The notes under the pieces were generated by a model that had not been told where the DNA came from, did no database searches, and saw only the letters and a program-made list of their open reading frames with translations. Positions 42,716 through 53,071 of a stretch of DNA of 64,000 bases are shown here, one piece after another. This DNA comes from Bacteroidales bacterium (lineage in GTDB: Bacteria; Bacteroidota; Bacteroidia; Bacteroidales; JAADJA01): contig JAWKKL010000013.1 in the NCBI GenBank assembly GCA_041393275.1, positions 308 through 64,307 of the forward strand, written 5' to 3'. The stretch's first letter is position 1. Each line of letters starts with the position of its first letter. The position numbers were made by a program, and so were the translations under genes.

Positions 42716-42804
42716 GGTAGTTGACTAATAACTCTTTTCCGTTCTTCTACGATTTCTTTTATAATGCAATACTAAAGAAATACTTCATAGCAAAAAAACT
42801 GGAA

Positions 42805-42855
42805 TGTATAACCGGGCATGTTTTATGGATAACTATACCATTCTATTGTATAACC
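42805..42855 (-). promoter_or_regulatory. Three 9-bp direct repeats with 21-bp period, putative LytTR binding sites
   Basis: TGTATAACC (42805), TGGATAACT (42826) and TGTATAACC (42847), starting 5 bp beyond the LytTR stop codon. Confidence 0.7.
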
Positions 42856-42860
42856 TGATT

Positions 42861-43619
42861 TTAAACTTGTTTTGCATATTCTTCCAACTGTAAAAGAAAT
42901 TCAGTTTTCCGGCTTTTCGAAACATTTATTTCTGTACCATTTGTTAATATCACTGATCCGCCTAACCCGCGTATATATTTTTTTACATACTTCAGATTAA
43001 TGAGGTATTTGCTGTGAATCCGAGCAAAATTAACATCTGAAAGGCTTGATTCAAACGTCCCGATTGGTTTTGAAACCATTATAAAATCATTGGTAGTAAG
43101 ATAACAATTTGTATAATTATGGTTGGCTTCCAAATACATTACATTGTCAAGCGAAATAATTTCGAGGCCGCCAGCTGTGGGCAGAATAATCTTGTTCTGA
43201 TGGTTGTTCAGGTTTTTATCCAGTACATCCATTTTCTTTCGGAATTCTTCAAAATTATATCGTCCTGTATAACGGCCCACCGCTTTCTGTAATTCAAGGT
43301 AATTGATGGGTTTTAATAAATAATGCAGGGCCGAAAACTCAAAAGCACGGGTTGCATAAGTATTAAAAGCCGTAACAAAAATAATTTCAAACTCGATGTT
43401 TGTAAAGCTTTCAAGAATTCTGAACGCATCTCCATCAGGCAATGAAATGTCAAGAAATACCAGGGCCGGCTTTTGTTGATTAATTTGTTTTATTGCTTCG
43501 GCCACTGTGCCTGCTGTGGCAACTACCTCAACTTCCGGGCAATAGTTCGAAAGCAATTTGATAAGGGCTTCCCGGCTCCTTTTTTCATCTTCAACAATAA
43601 CTGATCTTATTTTTTGCAT
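42861..43619 (-). CDS. LytTR family response regulator
   Basis: Receiver motifs (IVEDE, FLDI, FVTAF, YLLKP) and LytTR motifs (FARIHSKYLIN, VSKSRK). Confidence 0.95.
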   Translation of the reverse strand: MQKIRSVIVEDEKRSREALIKLLSNYCPEVEVVATAGTVAEAIKQINQQKPALVFLDISLPDGDAFRILESFTNIEFEIIFVTAFNTYATRAFEFSALHYLLKPINYLELQKAVGRYTGRYNFEEFRKKMDVLDKNLNNHQNKIILPTAGGLEIISLDNVMYLEANHNYTNCYLTTNDFIMVSKPIGTFESSLSDVNFARIHSKYLINLKYVKKYIRGLGGSVILTNGTEINVSKSRKTEFLLQLEEYAKQV

Positions 43620-43659
43620 TGCTAATAAGTTATAATATTCCTTTACTCTTTTGTTTTAT

Positions 43660-46590
43660 TCAGATTTCAAGCTCAAGTTCAACCCTGGTTCCTGCCGCTT
43701 TTTGATCCTGGTCAAACATATCAACAATCCGCATTGAATTTTGCGAATTATTTAGTCGGTTTAGCAACTCTATACGTTCCTGAATATTTTTAATCCCAGT
43801 GGGTTTATGATGCCTTCGCTTCATGCCAATTTCCATTGAGTCTTTTCGTCCGATGCCATTATCCTCAATGCAGATTAAAATTTTATCCGAATTAGCCGGT
43901 ATAATTTTAAGGTCGATTTTTCCTTTTGAATTTTTGGGCATAATGCCATGCCAGATTGCATTTTCAAGAAATGGTTGTAAAATCATCGATGGAATGGTTA
44001 CAAGCTCTGGCCTGATAGTGGAATCAATGGAAATTTGGTAGTCGAACTGATCCTCAAAACGAAGTTTTTCAAGATCAAGATATAATTTTAGTGTGTCGAG
44101 TTCTTCTCGTAAACTTGAAAAATTGTTATTTGCCGATTCAAGTATTCGTCTGATAAGTGACGAAAAATTCGAAAGATAAAGGTTTGCATTTCCGGCATTG
44201 TGATCAAGAATAAAATTTTGTATCGAATTTAATGAGTTAAAGATAAAATGGGGATTCATTTGCGACCTCACTGCTTTTTGTTCGGCTAATAATATGTGTC
44301 TTTTTAATTCTTCGCGCCTGCGATAATGATTGATAATCGCATAAATGATATACCCCAACATACCGGCCAAAAGGATCAACAGGAATATTCGGAACACAAT
44401 AGTTTCGGTAAAATGCTTGTGAATAACAAATGGAAAGGAAATAACATCACTTACAGGGCCGTCGTTTATGCTGGTCTTTACGTCAAAGGAATATTCACCA
44501 TGCGCTAAGTTTGAATACCTTACCGAGGTGTTTGTGGTTTCAATCCAATCCGGTTCCAGAGGATTCAACTTATATGCGTAGTTAACTTTTTTAGGATTTT
44601 TAAATGTATTTGTATGAAATAGAAATGTAAAGGTATTTTGAAAATAAGGAAATTCGTTGCTATCATGAATCTGCCTGATGGTATCCTGATTTACGATCAC
44701 TTCTTTCAACATGAGGATTGGCTTTTCTTTTGGGATATTAATGGTTTCAGGATTAAAACATACCAGGCCATTATCGCAGCCAAGCCAGATAGTTGTACCA
44801 ATTTTCGTAATATCATTTATTTCATTCGATGGCAATCCTTCAACAATGGTATACTTTTTAATGGAAAAGTTTAAAAGTTCGCTCCCACTCATCGAAATTT
44901 TATTTAATCCCTTATTGGTCCCAATCCAAAAGATTGAATCATTTTCAGGAAAAATAGCTTTAATTCTATTACTGGTTAATCCATGGTGGATATTAATAAA
45001 ATTCAATTCATCTTTTTGAACTACTGCAACACCATTATCAAACGTTCCAATCCATATCTGGTTAGCATGCGTTGTTAAACAAGTTATTCGGCTGTTAAGT
45101 ACCACTGAAGTATCATTAAATCTTGAAAATTCATCATCTTTGTAAAGGATCAATCCCTTGATGGTTCCCAACAACAGGCTTGAATCAGGCGCTTCGCAAA
45201 GGGCCAGGGTTTTCATATCGTAACCCAAATTTCTTGAATGCTGAATTTGACCTGAAAAATCAGAAACTGTAAACCCTTTGTTTAATCCCATAATTATTTT
45301 GCCGTTTTTTCTTTCCAGGATCGAATATGCACTACGACCAAATTTTAAATCAAAGGGAATAGGATTACCCCGCAGATCATACCTTATATTTTCTGCACAG
45401 GGGATCATCAAGTCGCCTTTTGACGAAATCAAAAAATTGAAAACTTCCGATTCGAAATAACCAGGGATTGAAAAATCGTGTTCCATTTCCGGTGAATCAT
45501 TTATGATAATGGCTTTATAAAAACCTTTATTGGATGAACTAAAAAACAACTCATTGTTTTGATGCTGAAGTTTATACACAACCTGGCCATTTAAACCAAG
45601 ATAATAATTATCATAATTACGAAATTGTATGGAAGGAACTAAATATACGCCGTTTTCGGTGGAACAAAACCAATAATTTCCCTCATGGTCCTGCAGCATT
45701 GATGAAATTGTGTGATTTTCCAGGAAAAGAACGGGAGATTTGGATATATCAGATCCGGGGTACATTCTTATTCCGTTGAACCTCTCGCTCACCCATAAAT
45801 TTCCCTGTCTGTCGAGATATGTGTTGATTATATCATTGTTAAACTTCAAGGTATGAATGATTGAATCCTTTCTTGCCGCATTCAATGTGCGGCCAAGCGA
45901 AACAATATATTCATTGGGGGCTGTTCTGATTACATTTTTATGCTGATAAAAATATTCATGGTCATTATAAATTTTAAAGGCTTTTATGTTTGGATAAACC
46001 TCCCTCATTTTTTCAGATTCAAAAACATCCTGTAAAACAGAAGCACAAATAAACCCGCTTTCAGTTTCTTCATAAATGACAGTTTGCCAATAAGGTGGTC
46101 TAGTTTTTTTCGATCGTCGAACAAGTTCAATTTCCCCGGTTTTTGAATTTACTTTTAAGATTCCGCCGAAATAGGGTGATAAATGAAGATTGTCATCTTT
46201 ATCAATAAACATTTTGTCAAAAAAGCTTATGGCATAATTGGATACCGAATCATTGATCCAGTGGCTGTAAATTGTATCCTTATCGAAATAACTGATATAT
46301 CCTTCGTATGAAGAAAACCAAACCCGGCCTTTATCATCAAGGTAAAGTTTCAAGGTTGAATTATCAGGCAATCCATCGCGGGTAGTATAATTCTTAAACG
46401 ACAATCCATCATAGCGGGAAACACCATTTTCAGTAGCAAACCAAATATAAGAAGAGGAATCCTGAAGAATATCATAAATCCTCGAACTGGGTAATCCGTC
46501 ATTCACTGTAAAATTTTTACGGATGGTAAACTGGCTCCGTGCTTCGAAAAGAAGAAAAAAGGATATCAATAAAATGAACCAACATCTCAT
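43660..46590 (-). CDS. LytS-type sensor histidine kinase with beta-propeller and Y_Y_Y periplasmic domains
   Basis: DGLPS and WIGT repeats, TM helix, SQMNPHFIFNSLN, QPFLENAIWHG and DNGIG motifs. Confidence 0.93.
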   Translation of the reverse strand: MRCWFILLISFFLLFEARSQFTIRKNFTVNDGLPSSRIYDILQDSSSYIWFATENGVSRYDGLSFKNYTTRDGLPDNSTLKLYLDDKGRVWFSSYEGYISYFDKDTIYSHWINDSVSNYAISFFDKMFIDKDDNLHLSPYFGGILKVNSKTGEIELVRRSKKTRPPYWQTVIYEETESGFICASVLQDVFESEKMREVYPNIKAFKIYNDHEYFYQHKNVIRTAPNEYIVSLGRTLNAARKDSIIHTLKFNNDIINTYLDRQGNLWVSERFNGIRMYPGSDISKSPVLFLENHTISSMLQDHEGNYWFCSTENGVYLVPSIQFRNYDNYYLGLNGQVVYKLQHQNNELFFSSSNKGFYKAIIINDSPEMEHDFSIPGYFESEVFNFLISSKGDLMIPCAENIRYDLRGNPIPFDLKFGRSAYSILERKNGKIIMGLNKGFTVSDFSGQIQHSRNLGYDMKTLALCEAPDSSLLLGTIKGLILYKDDEFSRFNDTSVVLNSRITCLTTHANQIWIGTFDNGVAVVQKDELNFINIHHGLTSNRIKAIFPENDSIFWIGTNKGLNKISMSGSELLNFSIKKYTIVEGLPSNEINDITKIGTTIWLGCDNGLVCFNPETINIPKEKPILMLKEVIVNQDTIRQIHDSNEFPYFQNTFTFLFHTNTFKNPKKVNYAYKLNPLEPDWIETTNTSVRYSNLAHGEYSFDVKTSINDGPVSDVISFPFVIHKHFTETIVFRIFLLILLAGMLGYIIYAIINHYRRREELKRHILLAEQKAVRSQMNPHFIFNSLNSIQNFILDHNAGNANLYLSNFSSLIRRILESANNNFSSLREELDTLKLYLDLEKLRFEDQFDYQISIDSTIRPELVTIPSMILQPFLENAIWHGIMPKNSKGKIDLKIIPANSDKILICIEDNGIGRKDSMEIGMKRRHHKPTGIKNIQERIELLNRLNNSQNSMRIVDMFDQDQKAAGTRVELELEI

Positions 46591-46696
46591 AAAACCTCTT
46601 ATTTAGCAGCGGTAAAAGAAAAGCTAAAGATAGGAAAAATAAAAACAAGATGAAAATCTGCATTAAAATTTTGTTTCAGTTAAGGGCATAAAAAAA

Positions 46697-46794
46697 GGGT
46701 AAGCTACTTATATCGCACCGCTTCGACCACCTACCCTTGCTACCTTCCGGTCCTGGGGGGATTCAGCAGGAGCTGGTCGTATAAGACTTACCCG
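46697..46794 (-). ncRNA. ffs: Signal recognition particle RNA (small bacterial type)
   Basis: Minus strand has the CAGG-ACC-GGAA-GGT-AGCA domain IV core inside a long hairpin GGGTAAG...CTTACCC. Promoter TAATTTTG at 46798-46805; poly-T tail. Confidence 0.95.
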
Positions 46795-46893
46795 CGGCAA
46801 AATTAATAATATTCTCCACAAGAAAACAAATATTCGACGTTTTAATTCTGTATAAGTTTTATCTTTGCATAAAAGCAATTAAAAATTACAACA

Positions 46894-47434
46894 ATGGAAA
46901 ATAATAGTTACCCCGTTTGGAAGCATGCAATGCTTTATGGATTATACATTGGAATTGTCCTCATTATTTTATCACTTTTTATTTTATGTTACCGACCTGT
47001 ACACTCAAAGCTGGGTCGGCTATGTCAATTACGCAATTATTCTTGCAGGCGTTGTTTTTGCATCCATCACTTATCGTGATAAATATCTGAACGGGTCAAT
47101 TTCTTACGGAAAAAGTGTTTCGGTTGGGTTTTTAAGCGGATTGTTCTCCGGGGTACTGGTAGCCATTTATACCGTTGTGTTTATGACGGTAATGGGTGAA
47201 GAGTATATCCAAACCCTCATGGACATTGCAGAAGAAAAAATGTTGTCGTCGCAACCCAACATGACGGACGATGAAATTGATATGGCCATGAACATGACAA
47301 AAAAAATGATGACACCCGGTTGGGTATCCGTCATGGTTTTTTTAGGAAGTGGTTTTTTTGCTCTCGTATTTGCCTTAATTGCAAGCATCTTTATTAAAAA
47401 AGAAGAAAGTACCACCACCGAAACCGAACAATAA
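46894..47434 (+). CDS. DUF4199-type membrane protein, frameshift near 46980
   Basis: MENNSYPVWKHAMLYG joins the ORF carrying YRDKYLNGSISYGKS...IASIFIKK. Confidence 0.78.
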
Positions 47435-47442
47435 TTGATTGC

Positions 47443-48381
47443 ATGGATATTACCGTAGTAGTCCCTTTATACAATGAGGAAGAGTCATTGCCCGAACTTG
47501 CAGAATGGATAAGTAAGGTGTGCGATGATGCAAAATTAACCTATGAAGTGATCTTTGTTGATGACGGAAGTTCTGATAAATCGTGGGTTGTGGTTGAACG
47601 TTTGGTCAATAAAAACAAATCGTATAAAGGGATTAAATTCCGTCGTAATTACGGCAAATCAGCGGCCCTGAACAAAGGGTTTGAAGCAGCTAAGGGAGAC
47701 GTAGTCATAACCATGGATGCGGATTTGCAGGACAGCCCGGATGAAATACCGGAATTGGCCCGAATGATCAGGGAAGAAAACCTTGACCTGGTATCGGGCT
47801 GGAAGAAAAAGCGGCATGACCCATTTGGAAAAACCATTCCATCAAAACTTTTTAACAGGACTACCCGCCGGATTTCGGGCATTAATCTCCACGACTTTAA
47901 CTGTGGTTTAAAAGCCTACCGGAATGAAGTGGTAAAAAATATTGAAGTATATGGTGAAATGCACCGCTACATACCGGTCATTGCAAAGTGGGCAGGGTTT
48001 AATAAAATTGGTGAAAAAGTGGTACAGCACCAGCCACGAAAATATGGAGTTACAAAATTTGGTATGGAGCGACTTGTAAAAGGCTATCTCGATTTGCTTT
48101 CCATAACCTTTATTTCAAAATTTGGAAAACGGCCCATGCATTTGTTTGGTACGCTTGGTTCAATCCTGTTTTTTATTGGTTTTGCCATAGGTATTTATTT
48201 AACCATTGAAAAGTATTTCTTCGGTGCCTATAAGATGACAGAAAGGCCGTTGTTTTATTTAGGGATGCTGGCCATGATCATCGGTTCTCAATTATTTGTC
48301 ACCGGTTTTATTGCTGAAATGATCTCCCGAAATTCGCACGACCGTAATTTTTACCAAATCGAAAAAAAATCCGGCTTTTAA
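47443..48381 (+). CDS. GT2 polyprenol-phosphate glycosyltransferase (ArnC/DPM-like)
   Basis: VVPLYNEEE, DDGSSD, RNYGKS, DADLQD and GEMHR motifs; two C-terminal TM helices. Confidence 0.93.
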   Translation: MDITVVVPLYNEEESLPELAEWISKVCDDAKLTYEVIFVDDGSSDKSWVVVERLVNKNKSYKGIKFRRNYGKSAALNKGFEAAKGDVVITMDADLQDSPDEIPELARMIREENLDLVSGWKKKRHDPFGKTIPSKLFNRTTRRISGINLHDFNCGLKAYRNEVVKNIEVYGEMHRYIPVIAKWAGFNKIGEKVVQHQPRKYGVTKFGMERLVKGYLDLLSITFISKFGKRPMHLFGTLGSILFFIGFAIGIYLTIEKYFFGAYKMTERPLFYLGMLAMIIGSQLFVTGFIAEMISRNSHDRNFYQIEKKSGF

Positions 48382-48398
48382 CCCCGTTTTTAAGGCTT

Positions 48399-49535
48399 AT
48401 GCAGAAAAAGAGAAAAGTTGTTATTATCGGTTCTGCTTATCCGCTGAGGGGAGGCGGCATTTCAACTTTTAATGAACGATTAGCAAAAGCTTATAACGTA
48501 AATGGTGACCAAGCCATCATTTATAATTTTAGCCTTCAGTATCCATCTGTTTTTTTCCCGGGATCAACCCAATATTCAAATGAAGCCGCTCCTGAAGGAT
48601 TGAACATCATAACAAAAATTAATTCCATAAATCCTTTTAACTGGTTAATAGTTGGTAGAGAAATCAGAAAACTAAAACCAGATATTGTTATTGTCAGATT
48701 TTGGATTCCTTTTATGGCGCCATGCCTGGGCACAATCTGCCGCATCATCCGAAAGAAAGGAATAAAGGTAGTTGCTATAACAGACAATATTCTTCCACAT
48801 GAAAAGAAATTTTTCGACAGGCCTCTTGTTTCATATTTTGTCAATAGCATTGATTCCTTTGTCACCATGTCGAAATCCGTTCTTAACGACCTGAAAACAT
48901 TCGATCAGAAAAAGCCAAAAAAACTTACCGTTCATCCATTGTATGACAATTTTGGTGAACCGATTTCTCAGGAAAAAGCATTAAAAAATATAAACCTATC
49001 ACCAGCTTATAAATATATTCTATTTTTTGGCTTTATCCGCGAATACAAAGGGCTTGATTTATTATTAAAGGCTTTTGCAGATCCGGCGATACAAAAGTTA
49101 AACCTAAAGCTATTAGTAGTTGGTGAGTTTTATAGTGATTCACAACCCTACATTATACTGATCGAAGAATTAGGAATTAATGATAAAGTGATTCTGCACA
49201 ATGAATTCGTTCCAAACACAGAAATTGTAAATTATTTTTGTTCGGCCAGCCTGGTAGTTCAACCATATAAGGATGCTACACAAAGCGGTATCACTCAAAT
49301 TGCCTATCATTTCAACAAACCAATGATAACCACAAATGTTGGTGGCCTTGCCGAAATAGTCCCTGATAATAAAGTTGGATTTGTTGTTACTCCTGATTCT
49401 AAAGATATTTCAAAGGCAATTTTAAAATTCTTCAATAATAACCTGGAAGCAACTTTTATTGAAAATATAAAAGTTGAAAAGAAGCGGTTTTCATGGGACA
49501 AAATGTTATCAGCCATTGACGAAGTTAACTCTTGA
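48399..49535 (+). CDS. GT4 glycosyltransferase
   Basis: AYPLRGGGI, FFGFIREYKG, PYKDATQSG and TNVGGLAE motifs. Confidence 0.92.
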   Translation: MQKKRKVVIIGSAYPLRGGGISTFNERLAKAYNVNGDQAIIYNFSLQYPSVFFPGSTQYSNEAAPEGLNIITKINSINPFNWLIVGREIRKLKPDIVIVRFWIPFMAPCLGTICRIIRKKGIKVVAITDNILPHEKKFFDRPLVSYFVNSIDSFVTMSKSVLNDLKTFDQKKPKKLTVHPLYDNFGEPISQEKALKNINLSPAYKYILFFGFIREYKGLDLLLKAFADPAIQKLNLKLLVVGEFYSDSQPYIILIEELGINDKVILHNEFVPNTEIVNYFCSASLVVQPYKDATQSGITQIAYHFNKPMITTNVGGLAEIVPDNKVGFVVTPDSKDISKAILKFFNNNLEATFIENIKVEKKRFSWDKMLSAIDEVNS

Positions 49536-49566
49536 TTTATCGTAATTAAATTTTTACATTTGCGCT

Positions 49567-51947
49567 ATGAACCGGAAAAGAGGTAATATTTTAGCGTTAC
49601 TCTGTTTTATCTCCTATTTTCATTATAGCCAATCTCAAAGTGTAATTATCATTCAACCTGGACCATCTGAAGGCAAAGACGCACGGGTATGGTCTCTTTC
49701 ACCAAATGGAAATTTTCCTGATCATTTATATACCAAAGCAAATGCATGGACATGGAATGGTGAATTTGGGATTGAGCGAACCTTCATTGAATTTGATTTA
49801 AGCCCGGTAACTAAGAATATGATCATATCGGAGGTTTTACTATCATTCTACTATCATTCACTTCCGGGCAACCCTGAGCAAACAAACGCCGGTGATAACA
49901 GAATCCTGATCAGCAGAACTATTGAATCCTGGTCTGAAAATTCAATTACCTGGGATAATCAACCAGAAACGACTAATCTTCATCAGGTTGAAGTACCGCC
50001 CAGTTCTTTTCCCCAACAAAATTGCACAGATATTGATGTTACCAGTCTGATTGATGATGCACTTAATTACAACGAGAATTATTTTTCTTTCCTTGTTCGT
50101 ATAAAAGATGAAATGACATATAGACGATTTGCGCAGGCATCAAGCGACCATCTTACACCCGAAAAAAGGCCTAAACTTGAAATCTTTTACGATTGTTTTG
50201 TTGATTTAGGAAATGATACAACCATTTGTAGCTCGGATACGATCAATTTATCAGCAGGCCCATATTTCTCAGAATATCTTTGGAGTACGGGAAATACTGA
50301 TTCGATAACTGAAATATCTTCAAATGGGATTTTTTGGGTTCAGGTTGTTGATGATTTTGGATGCATTGCTTCAGATTCAATACAAATTTATTTTTTACCC
50401 GATCCCGCTACCATATTGAACCTTGGGCCTGATACAATCATCTGCACCGGCGATAGCATACTGTTAAATCCTGAATCGGATTTTCAAATTTTTTATGGCA
50501 GGATGATCGACGGATAGTATTTTCCTGGTAACAGCACCGGGTCAATATTATGTAAGTGTTTCAAATGAATGGCGAGGCAACCGATACAATTAATATTTCT
50601 GAAAGCAATATAACTTTTGTCAATCTTGGGATTGATACAACGTTATGTTTTGGCGAGTCTTTGATTTTATATGCCGGTTCAGGTTTTGATGAATATTTGT
50701 GGCAAAACGGTTCAACGGAAATGCAGTTTACAGTTACAGAGCCGGGAACTTATTATGTAACAGTTCAGAATAACTGTGGAACAGGAAGCGACACCATCAC
50801 CGTTGGATACTTCCCTGAAATCAGCCTAAACCTCGGGAATGACACCATCCTCTGCGGAATGGAATCAATCATGCTGTCAACAGGTTCCGTGTTTATGGAT
50901 TACATTTGGCAGGATGGATCTACCGCCCCCTTTTATTTGGCACAGGATGCGGGAATTTATTGGGTGGAAGTGACAGACGGAAATAGCTGCAATGCCGAGG
51001 ATGAAATTTTTATTGATCTGCTTGTTCTCTCCGTCAACCTTGGTTCCGATACCGTTTTATGTCCGGGAACAGAAATCACCCTTTCGCCCGATCAATCCTT
51101 CGATGGTTATATTTGGCTCGACAGCCTTAGTTTTGAACCTGATTTTATAATTGATACCTCCGGAATATTTTGGGTAACATGCTTTGATTCGGTTAATCAG
51201 AAAATTTGTTTTGAAACAGACACTATCCTCATTACCCAGTTAAGTAATCCTTATCCCCCTGAAATACCGGATGAATACACCATGTGCCCGGGCGAAGAAT
51301 TAACCATTGATGCCGGAATAGGAAAGGACTTCAATTATCTTTGGAACGACTCTTTAAATGATTCCGTGCTGTTTGTTCAGGATTCCGGGTTATTCATCAT
51401 TTCCATTTCAAATGTATGCGGCACGATCTTCGACAGTACGTCAGTTTTCTTCTATCCCTTCCCTTATGTAGAAATAATCGTCGATACTATTTCACAAAAT
51501 GAATTTTTTCTTTTTCTAAACCTGGAATTTGAGTCATATTATTGGTCAAACGAAACAACAAATTCAACCATGTTAGTGAATATTCCTGGTATGTACTGGA
51601 TTGAAGTGGCCAATGAATTCGATTGCAAAGCAACGGATTCAATTCTTATAGAACCCACAGAATGTGATATTTTTATACCGAACCTGCTCACCCCAAATCA
51701 CGATTCATCCAACGATTATTTCTTTATTGAAGGGATGAATATTCAGGATGCCCATATTCTAATTTTTAACCGCTGGGGTGAAACAGTCTTTCAATCGGAT
51801 GATAAGAACTTTGTGTGGGACGGTACAAAAAATGGGCACCATTGTTCGGAAGGCACCTACTATTATATTATTTCCTATAATTGCAATAACTTTACAAACA
51901 ATTTACAGCAGATAAAACGAAAAGGAACAATAACTTTGTTGCGATAA
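49567..51947 (+). CDS. Secreted protein with DNRLRE-like domain, LGxDT Ig-like repeats and gliding-motility-associated (T9SS type B) CTD; frameshifted near 50480-50570
   Basis: QPGPSEGKDA; repeated LGNDT..C...YLW; C-terminal IPNLLTPN...IFNRWG...WDG...GTYYY...KGTITLLR. Confidence 0.85.
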
Positions 51948-51960
51948 GAAAAGTAATAAC

Positions 51961-52983
51961 ATGATAATACGAAGCAAAGCACCCCTCAGGTTAGGATTGG
52001 CAGGTGGCGGAACTGATGTAGCCCCTTATTCAGATATTTACGGCGGAGCCATATTAAATGCAACCGTAAATATGTATGCCTATGCTACTATCCAACCCCG
52101 GACCGATGGAAAAATCATTCTGAACTCGCTGGATAATAATTCGAAACGGGCATATAAAAGTGCCGATCAGCTTGAAATTGATGGACTCTTCGATCTGGCC
52201 AAGGGGATTTACAACCGGGTGGTAAAAGACTTCACAGGAAAAAATTTAGCTTTTGAATTAACCACTTTTGTTGATGCACCTCCGGGTTCAGGGCTGGGGA
52301 CTTCATCTACTTTAGTTGTAGCTATTCTTGGCGCTTTTGCGGAATGGCTGAGTTTACCGTTGGGAGAATACGACCTGGCCCACCTGGCTTACGAAATCGA
52401 ACGGGTTGACCTGAATATGGCCGGAGGTAAACAAGACCAGTACGCGGCTACTTTCGGAGGGGTAAACTTTATGGAGTTTTTTAATGAAGATAAAGTGATT
52501 GTAAACCCCCTGCGCATCAAACCTGTTTATCTGAATGAACTCGCATTTAATCTATTGCTATATTACACCGAAACAAGCCGGCTTTCGTCGCGCATTATTG
52601 AAACGCAAAGCAGGAATGTGATGGAAAACAATACAATCTCCATTGAAGCAACACATAACCTGAAACAACAGGCCATCCGCATGAAAGAGGCGGTATTGAA
52701 AGGAGAACTTGACCAGATTGGGGAGATCCTTGATTTTGGTTGGCAAAACAAGAAAAAAATGGCCATAGGGATCAGCAATAAAAGCATTGACGATATTTAT
52801 GATGCCGCCATTCAAAGCGGGGCTTCCGGTGGTAAAATGTCGGGTGCCGGCGGTGGCGGTTTTATGATCTTTTATTGCCCAAACAATACCCGGATTAAAG
52901 TGATCGAATCATTAAAGAAATTTGGCGGTGGAATTAAACGCTATGAATTCACCACATCCGGCCTCACAACCTGGACAATATAA
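51961..52983 (+). CDS. hddA: D-glycero-alpha-D-manno-heptose 7-phosphate kinase (GHMP family)
   Basis: APLRLGLAGGGTD, PPGSGLGTSS, GGKQDQY and SGAGGGG motifs. Confidence 0.92.
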   Translation: MIIRSKAPLRLGLAGGGTDVAPYSDIYGGAILNATVNMYAYATIQPRTDGKIILNSLDNNSKRAYKSADQLEIDGLFDLAKGIYNRVVKDFTGKNLAFELTTFVDAPPGSGLGTSSTLVVAILGAFAEWLSLPLGEYDLAHLAYEIERVDLNMAGGKQDQYAATFGGVNFMEFFNEDKVIVNPLRIKPVYLNELAFNLLLYYTETSRLSSRIIETQSRNVMENNTISIEATHNLKQQAIRMKEAVLKGELDQIGEILDFGWQNKKKMAIGISNKSIDDIYDAAIQSGASGGKMSGAGGGGFMIFYCPNNTRIKVIESLKKFGGGIKRYEFTTSGLTTWTI

Positions 52984-53071
52984 TAAATGAAAAAACTTCA
53001 ACCTGCAATCGTAGAACATCTAAATTTAAACTCACCCGCCTGCTGATAAGGCCGGGCAGGGAATCAATTAT

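Noticed and set aside
42759..42788. 9-codon ORF MKYFFSIAL (minus strand) as a LytTR-induced peptide pheromone
   Set aside because: It starts upstream of the presumed -7 box, is too short to support, and no peptide exporter is nearby.
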